From the IMG/VR virus record IMGVR_UViG_2936028420_000001, positions 1,094 through 65,093 of that record: a DNA stretch of 64,000 nucleotides; one strand, written 5' to 3'. The position numbers were made by a program, and so were the translations under genes. Each line of letters opens with the position of its first letter. Position 1 is the stretch's first letter. The notes beneath the pieces were generated by a model. The model made no database searches. It saw nothing but the letters and a program-made list of their open reading frames with translations, and had not been told where the DNA came from. Below, piece by piece: positions 33,282-42,534 of the stretch. The stretch is from a virus.

Positions 33282-34175
33282 CTACAGGAACGCGCCGAGC
33301 AGCGCGCCGCCGAGCGCGAGGCCGGAGTTGTCCGGCTTTTCCGTCGTCGCCGTGGTGCTCGCCGGCATCGCCGTTGCTCCGGCGTTCGTCGTCTGGTTCA
33401 TCAACTGCGCGGTCTGGAACGGATACTGCTGCGCCATGAGCCACTGATTGTACTGAGCAGTAAGCTGCGCCTGTTGCTGCGCGGTGTCCTGCTGGTTGAG
33501 CGTGTTCGCCGTGGTCTGCGCGCCGAGTTGCTGGGTTTGGAGACCCTGTAGTGCGTTTGCTCCACCAAGCTGCCGCGATAGTGCGCTCTCGTTGTAACCA
33601 GCATTGGCGTTTGCTGCGGCAAGCTGGTTCGAGGAGTCCTGCGCACCGGCGCCGATCGCGGTGTTGAATGCCTGATTGTAGGCGTTGCCGATCACGCCTT
33701 CGCGCTGAACGTTCTGGTTGAACGCATTGTTGGCTTGCTGGATGCCGGTACGCGCATCACCGAACGCGCCGGAGCCGGTTGCGCCCGCATCGGTCGCGGC
33801 ATTGGTCGCAGCATTCGAGATGTCCATCTGATGCAGCTGCGGCGCCAGCGCCTGCATCAGGTACTGGTTCATGTAGGGCGACATATTCGACGCGATGGAG
33901 TTCGAGCTCACGCTCTGTGCCGGCGCGCTCGAATAGCCGTTGATGAGGTTGGTGGCGGCCGCACCGGTGCCATTGTTCGCGATGCCGGTTGCGGCGTCGA
34001 TCGAGCCTTGCTGGCCGGGAGACAAGCCCGCGACCTGCTGGCCGGTGTAGCCTTGAAATCCCTTGTCTTGCAGGCCCTGCACGAAATCGAGATTGCTCGT
34101 CGCAGCACTCGACACGGCCGGATTGGCCGTCGAAGTGGTGTTCTTCGTTTCCGTGGTTTGATTCCCAAAACACAA
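33282..34175 (-). CDS. Ejection/DNA-transfer protein
   Basis: MCFG start, Gln/Ala/Asn-rich, C-terminal hydrophobic GLALGGALLGAFL. Confidence 0.7.
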   Translation of the reverse strand: MCFGNQTTETKNTTSTANPAVSSAATSNLDFVQGLQDKGFQGYTGQQVAGLSPGQQGSIDAATGIANNGTGAAATNLINGYSSAPAQSVSSNSIASNMSPYMNQYLMQALAPQLHQMDISNAATNAATDAGATGSGAFGDARTGIQQANNAFNQNVQREGVIGNAYNQAFNTAIGAGAQDSSNQLAAANANAGYNESALSRQLGGANALQGLQTQQLGAQTTANTLNQQDTAQQQAQLTAQYNQWLMAQQYPFQTAQLMNQTTNAGATAMPASTTATTEKPDNSGLALGGALLGAFL

Positions 34176-34177
34176 AG

Positions 34178-34708
34178 TCAGTTCCTCCCCTTCAAGAGGT
34201 ATTTGGCAGCCATCGATAGGCGGGATGGGTCGTCGCTAAAATTTCCGATGCCGACGTTACAGGGACTACAAAGCAGACCGCGCACTTTCCCGGTGGTGTG
34301 GTCGTGGTCGACGCATAGAAATTTGTAGTGCTCGGGGCCCGGCTTATCGGTGCGACAGATCGCACAACGGCCGCCCTGAGCGAGCAGCATCTCGTCGTAA
34401 TCCGCCTGCGTCATTTTGTAGAAGCGCCTGAGCATATACTTGCGATCGCGCTCAGGATTTTTTTGACGTTCTTCCCTGTGGTACGTCGACATGCACACCT
34501 TGCATCGGGGGCGAAAGCCATCCTTGCACCCCGGATGAGGTCCAAATTCAGAGAGGGGCTTCTCCTCTTTGCATTCCTTGCAAATCTTAATTCCGGGCGG
34601 AACGGGCCTCGCAGAACGCTCCGCAAGACGAACGCGCTGATAGTGCTTGTTGCACAAACCTCGGCCAAATCTCGGCCGTTCGCATTCAGGTTGTGTGCAG
34701 ATCAACAT
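34178..34708 (-). CDS. Endonuclease VII-family homing endonuclease
   Basis: CAIC...LCVDHDHTTGKVRGLLCSPCNVGIG plus N-terminal Zn fingers. Confidence 0.85.
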   Translation of the reverse strand: MLICTQPECERPRFGRGLCNKHYQRVRLAERSARPVPPGIKICKECKEEKPLSEFGPHPGCKDGFRPRCKVCMSTYHREERQKNPERDRKYMLRRFYKMTQADYDEMLLAQGGRCAICRTDKPGPEHYKFLCVDHDHTTGKVRGLLCSPCNVGIGNFSDDPSRLSMAAKYLLKGRN

Positions 34709-34735
34709 ACTGAAAACCCCTTCGTATGCAGGAGT

Positions 34736-35311
34736 CTAAGTGATTTGCACCGGGTAAGCCCGTGGCATCATCAGTTGTGCCCCGCCTTTTTCCCTGATCT
34801 TGCCCTGGTGGATGAATTCGAGACCGGCGTCGGCTGCGATTTTGCGCGCCTCGTCGATCAGCGCGCGATTGACCGGTCCGTGCTGGTGCTCCGGCAGAAC
34901 GAAATGCCACCTGTCAGCCATGAAGCGATGCTTCGGATTGTACCACCACGCCGGATCGATCAGGCCCATGGTGCCGACGAGAAGGCCGCCCTTAAGGACC
35001 ATCAGCGCCACGTTCTCCTTGGTGACGCGGATGATCTCCATCAGGCTTTGCTCGACATCGACCGGGCAGCGCATGGCAGGCTGCGCCACGACAAGCAGGA
35101 ACCGATGGATCGCGATCACATCGTCGTCCGTCTCGGCATAGCGCACCACGATATGGTCGTGGTGGACAGGTTCGGTACTGGTGGGTAACTGCTCCACCAC
35201 CAGTTCGGCAGCGACCGGATCAGGTGCTGCGTGTAGCTCCACCACGTTGGAGGTAGAGGATGAGGGTTGCGAGAACTGCCGCTGTGTTCGCGAGCGTCGG
35301 CGCCTTGACAT
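34736..35311 (-). CDS. GNAT-like tail/ejection assembly protein (P22 gp14-like position)
   Basis: Acetyltransferase-like pattern ...FVLPEHQHGPVNRALIDEARKIA; start uncertain. Confidence 0.55.
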   Translation of the reverse strand: MSRRRRSRTQRQFSQPSSSTSNVVELHAAPDPVAAELVVEQLPTSTEPVHHDHIVVRYAETDDDVIAIHRFLLVVAQPAMRCPVDVEQSLMEIIRVTKENVALMVLKGGLLVGTMGLIDPAWWYNPKHRFMADRWHFVLPEHQHGPVNRALIDEARKIAADAGLEFIHQGKIREKGGAQLMMPRAYPVQIT

Positions 35312-35465
35312 TGAGGACCGTTGTTTCTGTGAATGAACCGTTGATGGTGAAGGCCTGACCGATATCGACGACATCGCCGTCCTGGCTGGCGTTCTCGAGT
35401 TCGTTGAATAGCCCCTGCAACTCGGGCGGAATGCCGGGGAATTGGGATACAAACAGCTTTCTCAA
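35220..35465 (-). CDS. Small virion protein
   Basis: 81 aa, coupled to nozzle gene. Confidence 0.55.
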   Translation of the reverse strand: MRKLFVSQFPGIPPELQGLFNELENASQDGDVVDIGQAFTINGSFTETTVLNVKAPTLANTAAVLATLILYLQRGGATRST

Positions 35466-37255
35466 CTGCGATCTCCCGCCGTCTTGATGAAGGCGACCGG
35501 CATGCCGAGCCGCACATAACTGCCGAGCGAGGAAGCGCTGACAGTGAGACCGATGTAGCGGCCTGAGATTCTGGCATCGACGGTGCCGTTATCGGTAGCC
35601 ACGACGGTCTCGGTCTCAGTCTCCAGCGGCGCGGTGTCGTTGACGCGATCCCACGCCGTCATGGTGACGGTGAGGTCTCCGGTCTGCTGGAAGAAATCCG
35701 GCACCAGATATTCGACCATCATGTTGTACTTGCCGCCCTTAGTCATACCGTAGGGCGCAAGCGTCATCGAAAGCGGCAGGATAGAGCCATCCGCATCGAG
35801 CCCGTTCTCGTGCTGGTAGATCAGGAAGGTGGATGGATCGCCCATGTAGGGGCGGGTATCGCCCTGGGTGAAGTGCGTGCCTCCCGAGCGGCCCCAATAG
35901 AGCGGCGCCCAGCACTGCTCGGAGATCGAATAGACAACCCCAAGCGTCGGGTTAACCTGCCCATTGATGGTGTAGAAGAACCACACCTCGTTGAACGTCG
36001 GATTGTAGACCGCATTGCACTGGTAGCCGTAGTCCGTTTTCAGGTTATCGAAGACGTACTTGCGAATGTCCTCGACGTTCGGCATCGGCTGGACGGTGCC
36101 GTTGTAGTTCCAGAAATTGTTCTGACCCATCCAGTAGCCGATGCCGCCGACGGTAAGGCAGCCGTTTGGTGAGATCAGACCGCAATCCTTCGCCACCATG
36201 CTCGAACCATAGATGTAGGCCGAGCCGTTGTATTGGAAGCGGTAGAGCGCAGCGTCCGTCCAGATCAGCGACACGAAGTCAGCCAGCACGCGACCTGCGA
36301 CCAGTTTGGTGCCTTCGGTCAGCGTGCGGACATTTGCAGTGTTGCCGGTAGCTGGTGTCCAAACAGCAAGGGTGCCTTGGCTGGCCCACGCGACCTGCAT
36401 CCCGTCGAGCAGCGCCATGACGAAGCGCTCCGGCGTGACGAACATGGCGCGGACATTCGTCGGCGCCGAGGCATCGAGGATCGTCGCGCGGCCCCATGGC
36501 TGGATGACCGTTGGGTCGAACTGATAGATCGATCCACCATTGTAGGCAGCGAGCAGCAGCTTGCCAAAGTGGTCAAGCGACCAGACGCGAGGTTCGATTG
36601 CGATGGTCGATGAGGCTCGCGCGGTGCCCCAGGTACCGAGGCCCCACGGCCCGACGCCCCAGCCGAGGCCATAGGTACCGAGCTCGACGCCGACGGGCAC
36701 CTCGTATTTGAAGGCCACCGCCGCCCCGCCGCCGGTCGCTCCCGAAGTTGCCGGCGAAGAAAATGTGAATGTATAGTGATCGGAATCGACCACGGTTATG
36801 ACGGGAACTGACGAGACGTTCGGCGTGATGCCGCCAACAGCGGTTGAGCCAGACAGGTAGATCAGGTCCCCGACGCCGAGACCGTGCGCGGTGTGGGCGA
36901 CCGTTATGCTGGCGGAGCCGTTGGTGGTGGTGAACGGGTTATTGCCGAGCGTGCCAGTCGAGCGATACGGCGTGATGTCGTTCTGCGCAAGGTTGGGATC
37001 GTACGCGTAGAGCTTCTTGTAAGTGCCGACGGCCATATAGGCGTTGAACGAATTGTCACGCCATGCGTGCAGGGTCCGCGGGGTTCCGTCGGTCGGGGTA
37101 ACGAACCCCTTGACCCATCCGCCGATCTTCTGCGGCCGCTGTTTGACAAACCGCATGTTGATCGTGTCGGACCATCTGCCCTCGATGACGCGATTGGAAT
37201 CGGTTTTCACCACGCCCGGCGGGGGCGCGATCTGCAGTTCCTGAAGCTCGGACAT
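35462..37255 (-). CDS. Tail nozzle / DNA stabilization protein (gp10 / tubular protein B-like)
   Basis: 597 aa, beta-propeller-like repeats, podoviral position. Confidence 0.75.
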   Translation of the reverse strand: MSELQELQIAPPPGVVKTDSNRVIEGRWSDTINMRFVKQRPQKIGGWVKGFVTPTDGTPRTLHAWRDNSFNAYMAVGTYKKLYAYDPNLAQNDITPYRSTGTLGNNPFTTTNGSASITVAHTAHGLGVGDLIYLSGSTAVGGITPNVSSVPVITVVDSDHYTFTFSSPATSGATGGGAAVAFKYEVPVGVELGTYGLGWGVGPWGLGTWGTARASSTIAIEPRVWSLDHFGKLLLAAYNGGSIYQFDPTVIQPWGRATILDASAPTNVRAMFVTPERFVMALLDGMQVAWASQGTLAVWTPATGNTANVRTLTEGTKLVAGRVLADFVSLIWTDAALYRFQYNGSAYIYGSSMVAKDCGLISPNGCLTVGGIGYWMGQNNFWNYNGTVQPMPNVEDIRKYVFDNLKTDYGYQCNAVYNPTFNEVWFFYTINGQVNPTLGVVYSISEQCWAPLYWGRSGGTHFTQGDTRPYMGDPSTFLIYQHENGLDADGSILPLSMTLAPYGMTKGGKYNMMVEYLVPDFFQQTGDLTVTMTAWDRVNDTAPLETETETVVATDNGTVDARISGRYIGLTVSASSLGSYVRLGMPVAFIKTAGDRS

Positions 37256-38265
37256 CAGTATTTAATGCAGATCAGGACGACTGCGGATTCGGGCCGGGTT
37301 TCCGCGCCGACATTGTTGGCGGTACCGAGCGTGCCGAGACCGGGAGCGCCGGTAATGGTGTGGGTGTGGGCGCCAGCCGCAGCGTTGGTGATGGTGACGC
37401 CGGTTGACGCGGACGTTCCGTTCACGCCTTGATTAACATAACCGATAGTCGGATTACCACCAAGAGTTCCGGCCGTGACAGTATTTGATGACCCGCCGTT
37501 GGGGTGTACGTGGCCGTTATCGGTCAGTGTGTTGGCGTGCGTATGGTTGCCCGGATTGTCGGTGCCGAGTGAGCCAACCGATGGCGCGCCAGTCACGGTA
37601 TGGTTGTGCGCGCCGACCAGATTGGACTGATAGGTTCCGACCGCGAGCGATCCGGTCGAGGAGCGCAGGAATCGGCCGGTGTCGGTGAGCAGCGGCAGCG
37701 TGAAATGGGTGCCGTCCACCGCGCCCCATGTGGTGCCAATCTTGCTGAACAGGTCGGGAAAGTCTGTGCGTAGCTTCGAGGCGCCGTTGCAGGCGAGTTC
37801 ACCGGCGCCCGCAGCCGCCTTGCCGGATATGCGAAACGATCCAATCTCCTCGTCATCAGTCCGCTTCACGACGTTGTTGCCGTCGCAATAGACGTGCTTA
37901 GTCGCGCCTTGCGGGATTTGCGTGGCCGTCCCGGCCGTTGTCTTGACGAACAGGCTGAAGGCGCCCGACGTGTTGTTGGCAAACAGCCACGTCTTAGACA
38001 GGTTCGGGACAATGACCGTCAGATTGGAGGTTAGTGTGCCAGTGAAATTCTGAATGGCATCGATGTCCTGCCGCATGGAGGATGGCGGCGGAGATCCGGA
38101 CAGGTCGAGCGTGCCGCCGGTATCGGCATGGCTGATGATGCCAGCAATGGCCCTGTCTACCACATCCGTTACGGACGCATTGAACGAGGTGCCCCAACTA
38201 TTATTCTGGTTGCCGGTGCCCATCTCGAGCAAGCCGAGGCGGGCCGAATAGGTGTCTGCGGCCAT
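37255..38265 (-). CDS. Tail fibre with tail-collar domain
   Basis: LACNGA...FPDLFSKIGTTWG..DGTHFTLP and C-terminal ETRPE..V..CIKY. Confidence 0.8.
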   Translation of the reverse strand: MAADTYSARLGLLEMGTGNQNNSWGTSFNASVTDVVDRAIAGIISHADTGGTLDLSGSPPPSSMRQDIDAIQNFTGTLTSNLTVIVPNLSKTWLFANNTSGAFSLFVKTTAGTATQIPQGATKHVYCDGNNVVKRTDDEEIGSFRISGKAAAGAGELACNGASKLRTDFPDLFSKIGTTWGAVDGTHFTLPLLTDTGRFLRSSTGSLAVGTYQSNLVGAHNHTVTGAPSVGSLGTDNPGNHTHANTLTDNGHVHPNGGSSNTVTAGTLGGNPTIGYVNQGVNGTSASTGVTITNAAAGAHTHTITGAPGLGTLGTANNVGAETRPESAVVLICIKY

Positions 38266-38340
38266 TATGGTGTACCCGTGTCAAGTTTCATAGAGCTGCC
38301 CCGGTTGATCGCACTAAGGTTGTGGTGGTAAGAAAGGGGC

Positions 38341-38976
38341 ATGTCGCGCACCCTTCCGTGGATAATTGTGGCCGCCTGTCTCGCGGCTTTCGTCGCCTCG
38401 TTCTCTGAACTCCAGCGCGTGAGAACTCGTCTCGGCGAAGTTTCCCGCCACCAGTTTCACGACCACGCCGAGGTCAGGCAGTTCATGATCCGATCTGCGT
38501 TGGCAGATGCGGATCAGCCGATCGTTGTTCTTGGCGACAGCATCACCGAAATGGCCCCGCTACCGAGACAGCTTTGCGGGCATCCCGTCATCAATGCCGG
38601 CGTCGGCGGCATGACGATTGGAGAGGCGGCTAAGCTTGCCCAGCGCCTCTTTGCCAACCGAACCCCGTTCTTGATCGCGCTTGCTCTTGGAGCCAACGAC
38701 ATCGGATCGAAGTCCGCTGGCCGGGATTTTTCTGATCTTCTCAGGATCGCAGCGAAGCGGTCGCCACGACTGGTTTCAATTTCGGTCACGTCCGATGGTG
38801 AGACGAGCCAGCAAATAAGCCTCGCAGCCATCGCGGCCGAGGCGCCCTACATCGAGCCGCAGTTACCGCCGGGATCAAAGATGACCGATGGCATCCACTA
38901 CACAGCAGCCGCATACGCCCGATGGATTCCGGCTCTGGAGTCGCTGATCGCCGCCGAGATCAAGGACTGTAGATAG
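38341..38976 (+). CDS. Membrane-anchored/exported SGNH hydrolase (moron)
   Basis: GDS, GVGG, GAND, DGIHY blocks; N-terminal hydrophobic segment; opposite strand. Confidence 0.85.
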   Translation: MSRTLPWIIVAACLAAFVASFSELQRVRTRLGEVSRHQFHDHAEVRQFMIRSALADADQPIVVLGDSITEMAPLPRQLCGHPVINAGVGGMTIGEAAKLAQRLFANRTPFLIALALGANDIGSKSAGRDFSDLLRIAAKRSPRLVSISVTSDGETSQQISLAAIAAEAPYIEPQLPPGSKMTDGIHYTAAAYARWIPALESLIAAEIKDCR

Positions 38977-38981
38977 GTTGG

Positions 38982-39887
38982 TTACGGTGTGTCCGTGTCG
39001 AGTTCGGCGCCGCGGTACATCAGGTCACTTTCGGCGTTGGTTGCCTGGATCAGAGCGCCCAAATCGGAGGCGGATTTTTGCTTCTCGTTGTCGTCCTTCA
39101 TGAATGACGCTGCCCATAGCTGGGTCGCCACCCGGAGCAACTGCGGGTAGCGCGTCGTCAGGAAATTCGTCGGATTGAGCGTCGAGAGCGGCGCCGGCGC
39201 CTTGAAGCACATCAGCCGGAATTGTGTTGCGGTATCGAACGCCTGATCGAATTGCAGGTACTCGTCCCAAATCGCCCAGCAGGTCGGCGTGCCAGCGATG
39301 AGCTTGTTGGCGCTCCACGTCGCGGCCGCGCCGCCGCCATTCACTCCGCCAACCGTCGCGTTGTCATAGGTGAGGAAGGCGAGCGCGTTCGGGTCCGAGG
39401 CATCCGTCAGAAGGAAGGTGCCGTTGACGCCCACGCCGTCGATCGGTGACGTCGCGCCTGCGATGGTGATGTCGGAGCCCTGAGTAAGCCCGTGCGCGGC
39501 GAGCACGGCCGCCACCTGTCCGGAATTCAGCGTGCCCGTGGTGAACGGGTTGTTGCCGAACGAGCCGCCGGAGACCGGCTGGTAGTACCGGCGGTCGGTG
39601 ACATCGCTCTCAGTCAGATGGCGATATCGGCCGCCGAAAGTGGTGTCGCGCAGCTTGCCGATCGGATCGAGGAAGCGGGCTGGCAGCGCGACGCGACAAT
39701 TGCCGACCGGAACGCCAAAGACATATTGCGAGCGCATCTCGCGCACGCGAAGCGCCTGATAGATCAGCGCCTGGACTTCAGTGAGGATGGTGTCGGCCTG
39801 CACGGAAATCTTGCCATAGCCGACCCAATCGGTGATGGAGCCGGCCACGCCCTTGGGCGCGACCAGAGTGTTGTATGACATGACCAT
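38982..39887 (-). CDS. Head-tail adaptor (gp4 / tubular protein A-like) with inserted beta domain
   Basis: Helical ends (NFLTTRYPQLL) typical of adaptors; position. Confidence 0.7.
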   Translation of the reverse strand: MVMSYNTLVAPKGVAGSITDWVGYGKISVQADTILTEVQALIYQALRVREMRSQYVFGVPVGNCRVALPARFLDPIGKLRDTTFGGRYRHLTESDVTDRRYYQPVSGGSFGNNPFTTGTLNSGQVAAVLAAHGLTQGSDITIAGATSPIDGVGVNGTFLLTDASDPNALAFLTYDNATVGGVNGGGAAATWSANKLIAGTPTCWAIWDEYLQFDQAFDTATQFRLMCFKAPAPLSTLNPTNFLTTRYPQLLRVATQLWAASFMKDDNEKQKSASDLGALIQATNAESDLMYRGAELDTDTP

Positions 39888-39894
39888 CGCTGGC

Positions 39895-40395
39895 TCAGTC
39901 CTTCAGGTATTTGCGCAGGTCGGCGGCAACCTGATCTTCCGGAATGATCTTCAGATCGCGCACCAGAAATTCGACCATCTCGGGCTGCCGACTGATGTTG
40001 TTCGAGTGCCGCTCGCGAACCGCCTTGGTGATGGCGAACCACGGATAGCTCGCCTCTCCCCGCAGCCACGATTCGAGATTGACTTCCTCCGGCGAGCTCG
40101 AAGCCGGCGGGGTGTCATCCCCGCCGGTGTCGTTGTCGGAATCATCGTCGCCAGCCCCGTCATCGTCGCCTTCGGCCGCAGGCTTGGCCGCAGGCAACTT
40201 CTTCAGCTTCCGATCGGCGAGCGCTTTGATCTTCGGATCTTCGATGGCTTCGTAGATCAGAAGGCCATGCGCGTCGAACGGCATGCCGTCCTGAAAAAAG
40301 TGTGTGTTCTGGTGAAGGTCTCCAGGCTGACGCTCACCATGGACCGTGCCAAACGGCTTGGAACGATCCATGCGCAATTTCGAGGCTGACGCCAT
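39895..40395 (-). CDS. Hypothetical head-region protein
   Basis: High GC3, GGAG RBS. Confidence 0.65.
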   Translation of the reverse strand: MASASKLRMDRSKPFGTVHGERQPGDLHQNTHFFQDGMPFDAHGLLIYEAIEDPKIKALADRKLKKLPAAKPAAEGDDDGAGDDDSDNDTGGDDTPPASSSPEEVNLESWLRGEASYPWFAITKAVRERHSNNISRQPEMVEFLVRDLKIIPEDQVAADLRKYLKD

Positions 40396-40399
40396 GATA

Positions 40400-40675
40400 C
40401 TAGTCTCCGTTGTTGTACTTGACCTTGCCGGCCGAGCCCGGCCCGGTCTGAACGGCACTGGTGCCCTTCAGGGAGTGGGCGAGGTTATCGGGACCGCCGC
40501 GGAACGAGCCGCCGCGGGTATCGGGAAGGTCAACGCCGTGCACGTTGTCCTGCGGGAAGGCGGACATGATCTTCTGGCCGCCGTGACCGATACCCTTGGT
40601 CACGATGCCTTCGGACTTGCCCTTGCCCATCGGATTGCCGGTGAACACACCGCCGCTCTTGTTGCCGGACGCCAT
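40400..40675 (-). CDS. Small Gly-rich virion protein
   Basis: GAGGAG RBS. Confidence 0.65.
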   Translation of the reverse strand: MASGNKSGGVFTGNPMGKGKSEGIVTKGIGHGGQKIMSAFPQDNVHGVDLPDTRGGSFRGGPDNLAHSLKGTSAVQTGPGSAGKVKYNNGD

Positions 40676-40677
40676 CG

Positions 40678-40905
40678 TTACTGCTCCTCAGTTTGGCGAG
40701 GGCCCCAATAGTCGGGGTGCTGCTCGCAGATTGCGGGACGCTGACCGGTCGACCGGCTAGCGCGAGAGAGAACCGAGTAACCATCGAGCCCGGCGTTTCC
40801 GACATCCTGCTGCATTTTGTTCTGCGGCAGGGGATTGCAGGGCTTGAGGTCAACCGGCTGGTTGCGTTTGGCCTCCCCGAAGGGGAAGCCCATGAAGGCG
40901 CCCAT
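40678..40905 (-). CDS. Hypothetical protein
   Basis: GAGGAG RBS after terminator. Confidence 0.55.
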   Translation of the reverse strand: MGAFMGFPFGEAKRNQPVDLKPCNPLPQNKMQQDVGNAGLDGYSVLSRASRSTGQRPAICEQHPDYWGPRQTEEQ

Positions 40906-40931
40906 CTCTGGACTCCTCGTGTTCGTCGCTT

Positions 40932-40966
40932 GAAACGAAACGGCCCCGCTGTTGAGGCGAGGCCGT
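40932..40966 (-). terminator. Intrinsic terminator after capsid/decoration genes
   Basis: ACGGCCTCGC/GCGGGGCCGT stem then TTCGTTTC. Confidence 0.55.
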
Positions 40967-40990
40967 CTGGCGATCTTGTCGTGGATCAGA

Positions 40991-41467
40991 CTACATCCAC
41001 TCGATATCGACTTCGGTGATACCGGTGCCGGCCGGGGTGCCGCCGGCGCCGGCGACACGGGTGATGAACACCGTGGTGTCCTTCGGGATCGGCGCGGTTT
41101 CGAGGGCGACGTGGCCCGCGAAATCGCTCAAGGCGGGCGGGACGCCGCCCGTGGTGCCCGGCGCCGAAGCCGCAAGATCACGCGCCGAGTAGGGCGTGCC
41201 CGCAGCGGTGTTGCCCAGGATCGCCGTGGTGCCGAGGCGATGACGGGCATACTCGGTCTTGAGCGTGCCAACCACCGAAGCGGCGGAGCCGACGTTGATC
41301 TCCGGCACCGTGGTGGTGCCCACCATATCCGCGGTGATGTAGGTGCGGATATCGCGGACGATGCCAACCTTACCTGCCGGGCCCTTGATCGCTCGCGATT
41401 CGGTGGTGGCACCGAACGCGGAGGACGGGAACACGTAGGTTCGCTTGATCGGATTGTCGTAAGACAT
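40991..41467 (-). CDS. Capsid decoration/cement protein
   Basis: Beta-rich, directly after capsid gene; start MSYDNP. Confidence 0.6.
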   Translation of the reverse strand: MSYDNPIKRTYVFPSSAFGATTESRAIKGPAGKVGIVRDIRTYITADMVGTTTVPEINVGSAASVVGTLKTEYARHRLGTTAILGNTAAGTPYSARDLAASAPGTTGGVPPALSDFAGHVALETAPIPKDTTVFITRVAGAGGTPAGTGITEVDIEWM

Positions 41468-41493
41468 TGCTCTGCTCTCCTTTCTGCGACCGA

Positions 41494-42486
41494 TTAGGTC
41501 GCGCTGTCCCACTTGAACACGCGGGTGTTGGTCGCGTCCGTGTGGACGAGGCCAAAGCCGCCGAGGTAGTACCACGCGATGCCGCGCGACCGACCGAAGT
41601 CGCCCGGCAGCTTGGCGCGGATTTCCTCCGGCACGCAGATGGCTTCGGTCACGGTGTCGCCGGCCAGCATGAACGCCCAGGAGGAGAGGGCATTCGCCCA
41701 CGCCTGCGCGGTACCGCCCCACGGATCGTAGGTCGTTGCGTTCGCCGCGCCGCCCTTCGGGATGAAGGTCTGCTCGATGAAGCGGAACGACTCGTAGCGC
41801 CCGATCTCGCCGTTGAAGATGTGCGCCAGTCCGGTCTCGGTGTACTGGTGCAGCGTCTCCAGGGTGTTCTTGAACGCCCGGAACGTGGAGGGATGACTGA
41901 TCGAAACGTAGTCATCCATGATGTAGGGCGGGCAATTCCGCTCCTTCATCGTGTCACCGATCGCCTTGATGTGTCCCGTGTTGAGGGCAAGGTTGTTGGT
42001 GGTCGAGCAGACACCGCCGGTGTCGAGCGTGATGGCGGTAGCCGAGTTGCCGCCGGTCGGAGCGAACCGGCAAGCGGTGTTGTTGAACTGGAGGAACGCC
42101 TCGATGTCGAAATACTTGCGAGCGTCGTCCTTCAGGGTCTTGTCGATGATCGACACGACGTCGTGCTTGGCGAGGTCCGTGAGCTTGCCGGTGTAGGGGA
42201 CGGAGTTACCCGCCTCGTAAACGGTAAGCTGGCGCTGCGCGACGGTGAAGCCGGATTCCGGCATCGGCGTGCGCTCGTCGAGACGGCGGCCCTGGGTACC
42301 CACGTTGGAGTAGACGTTCCAGTTGTACTTGTCGCCGCGATTGAGACCCTTCGCGCTGCCGTCCTGGGCATCGCAAAGCTGACGGAACTTGGTCAGGGGC
42401 TGAACCTGCTGGCGGAGCGTATCGGACAACTCGTCCGAATACATGAACCCGCCCTCGGTAGCCACCGACCAGATTTGACCGACCAT
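41494..42486 (-). CDS. Major capsid protein (N4-gp56-like)
   Basis: 330 aa, very high GC3, C-terminal GIAWYYLGGFG; after scaffold. Confidence 0.85.
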   Translation of the reverse strand: MVGQIWSVATEGGFMYSDELSDTLRQQVQPLTKFRQLCDAQDGSAKGLNRGDKYNWNVYSNVGTQGRRLDERTPMPESGFTVAQRQLTVYEAGNSVPYTGKLTDLAKHDVVSIIDKTLKDDARKYFDIEAFLQFNNTACRFAPTGGNSATAITLDTGGVCSTTNNLALNTGHIKAIGDTMKERNCPPYIMDDYVSISHPSTFRAFKNTLETLHQYTETGLAHIFNGEIGRYESFRFIEQTFIPKGGAANATTYDPWGGTAQAWANALSSWAFMLAGDTVTEAICVPEEIRAKLPGDFGRSRGIAWYYLGGFGLVHTDATNTRVFKWDSAT

Positions 42487-42534
42487 GATGATCGTCCTTC
42501 TGTGTGATGGGGTGATGGTGAAAGGTGGTGGGGA

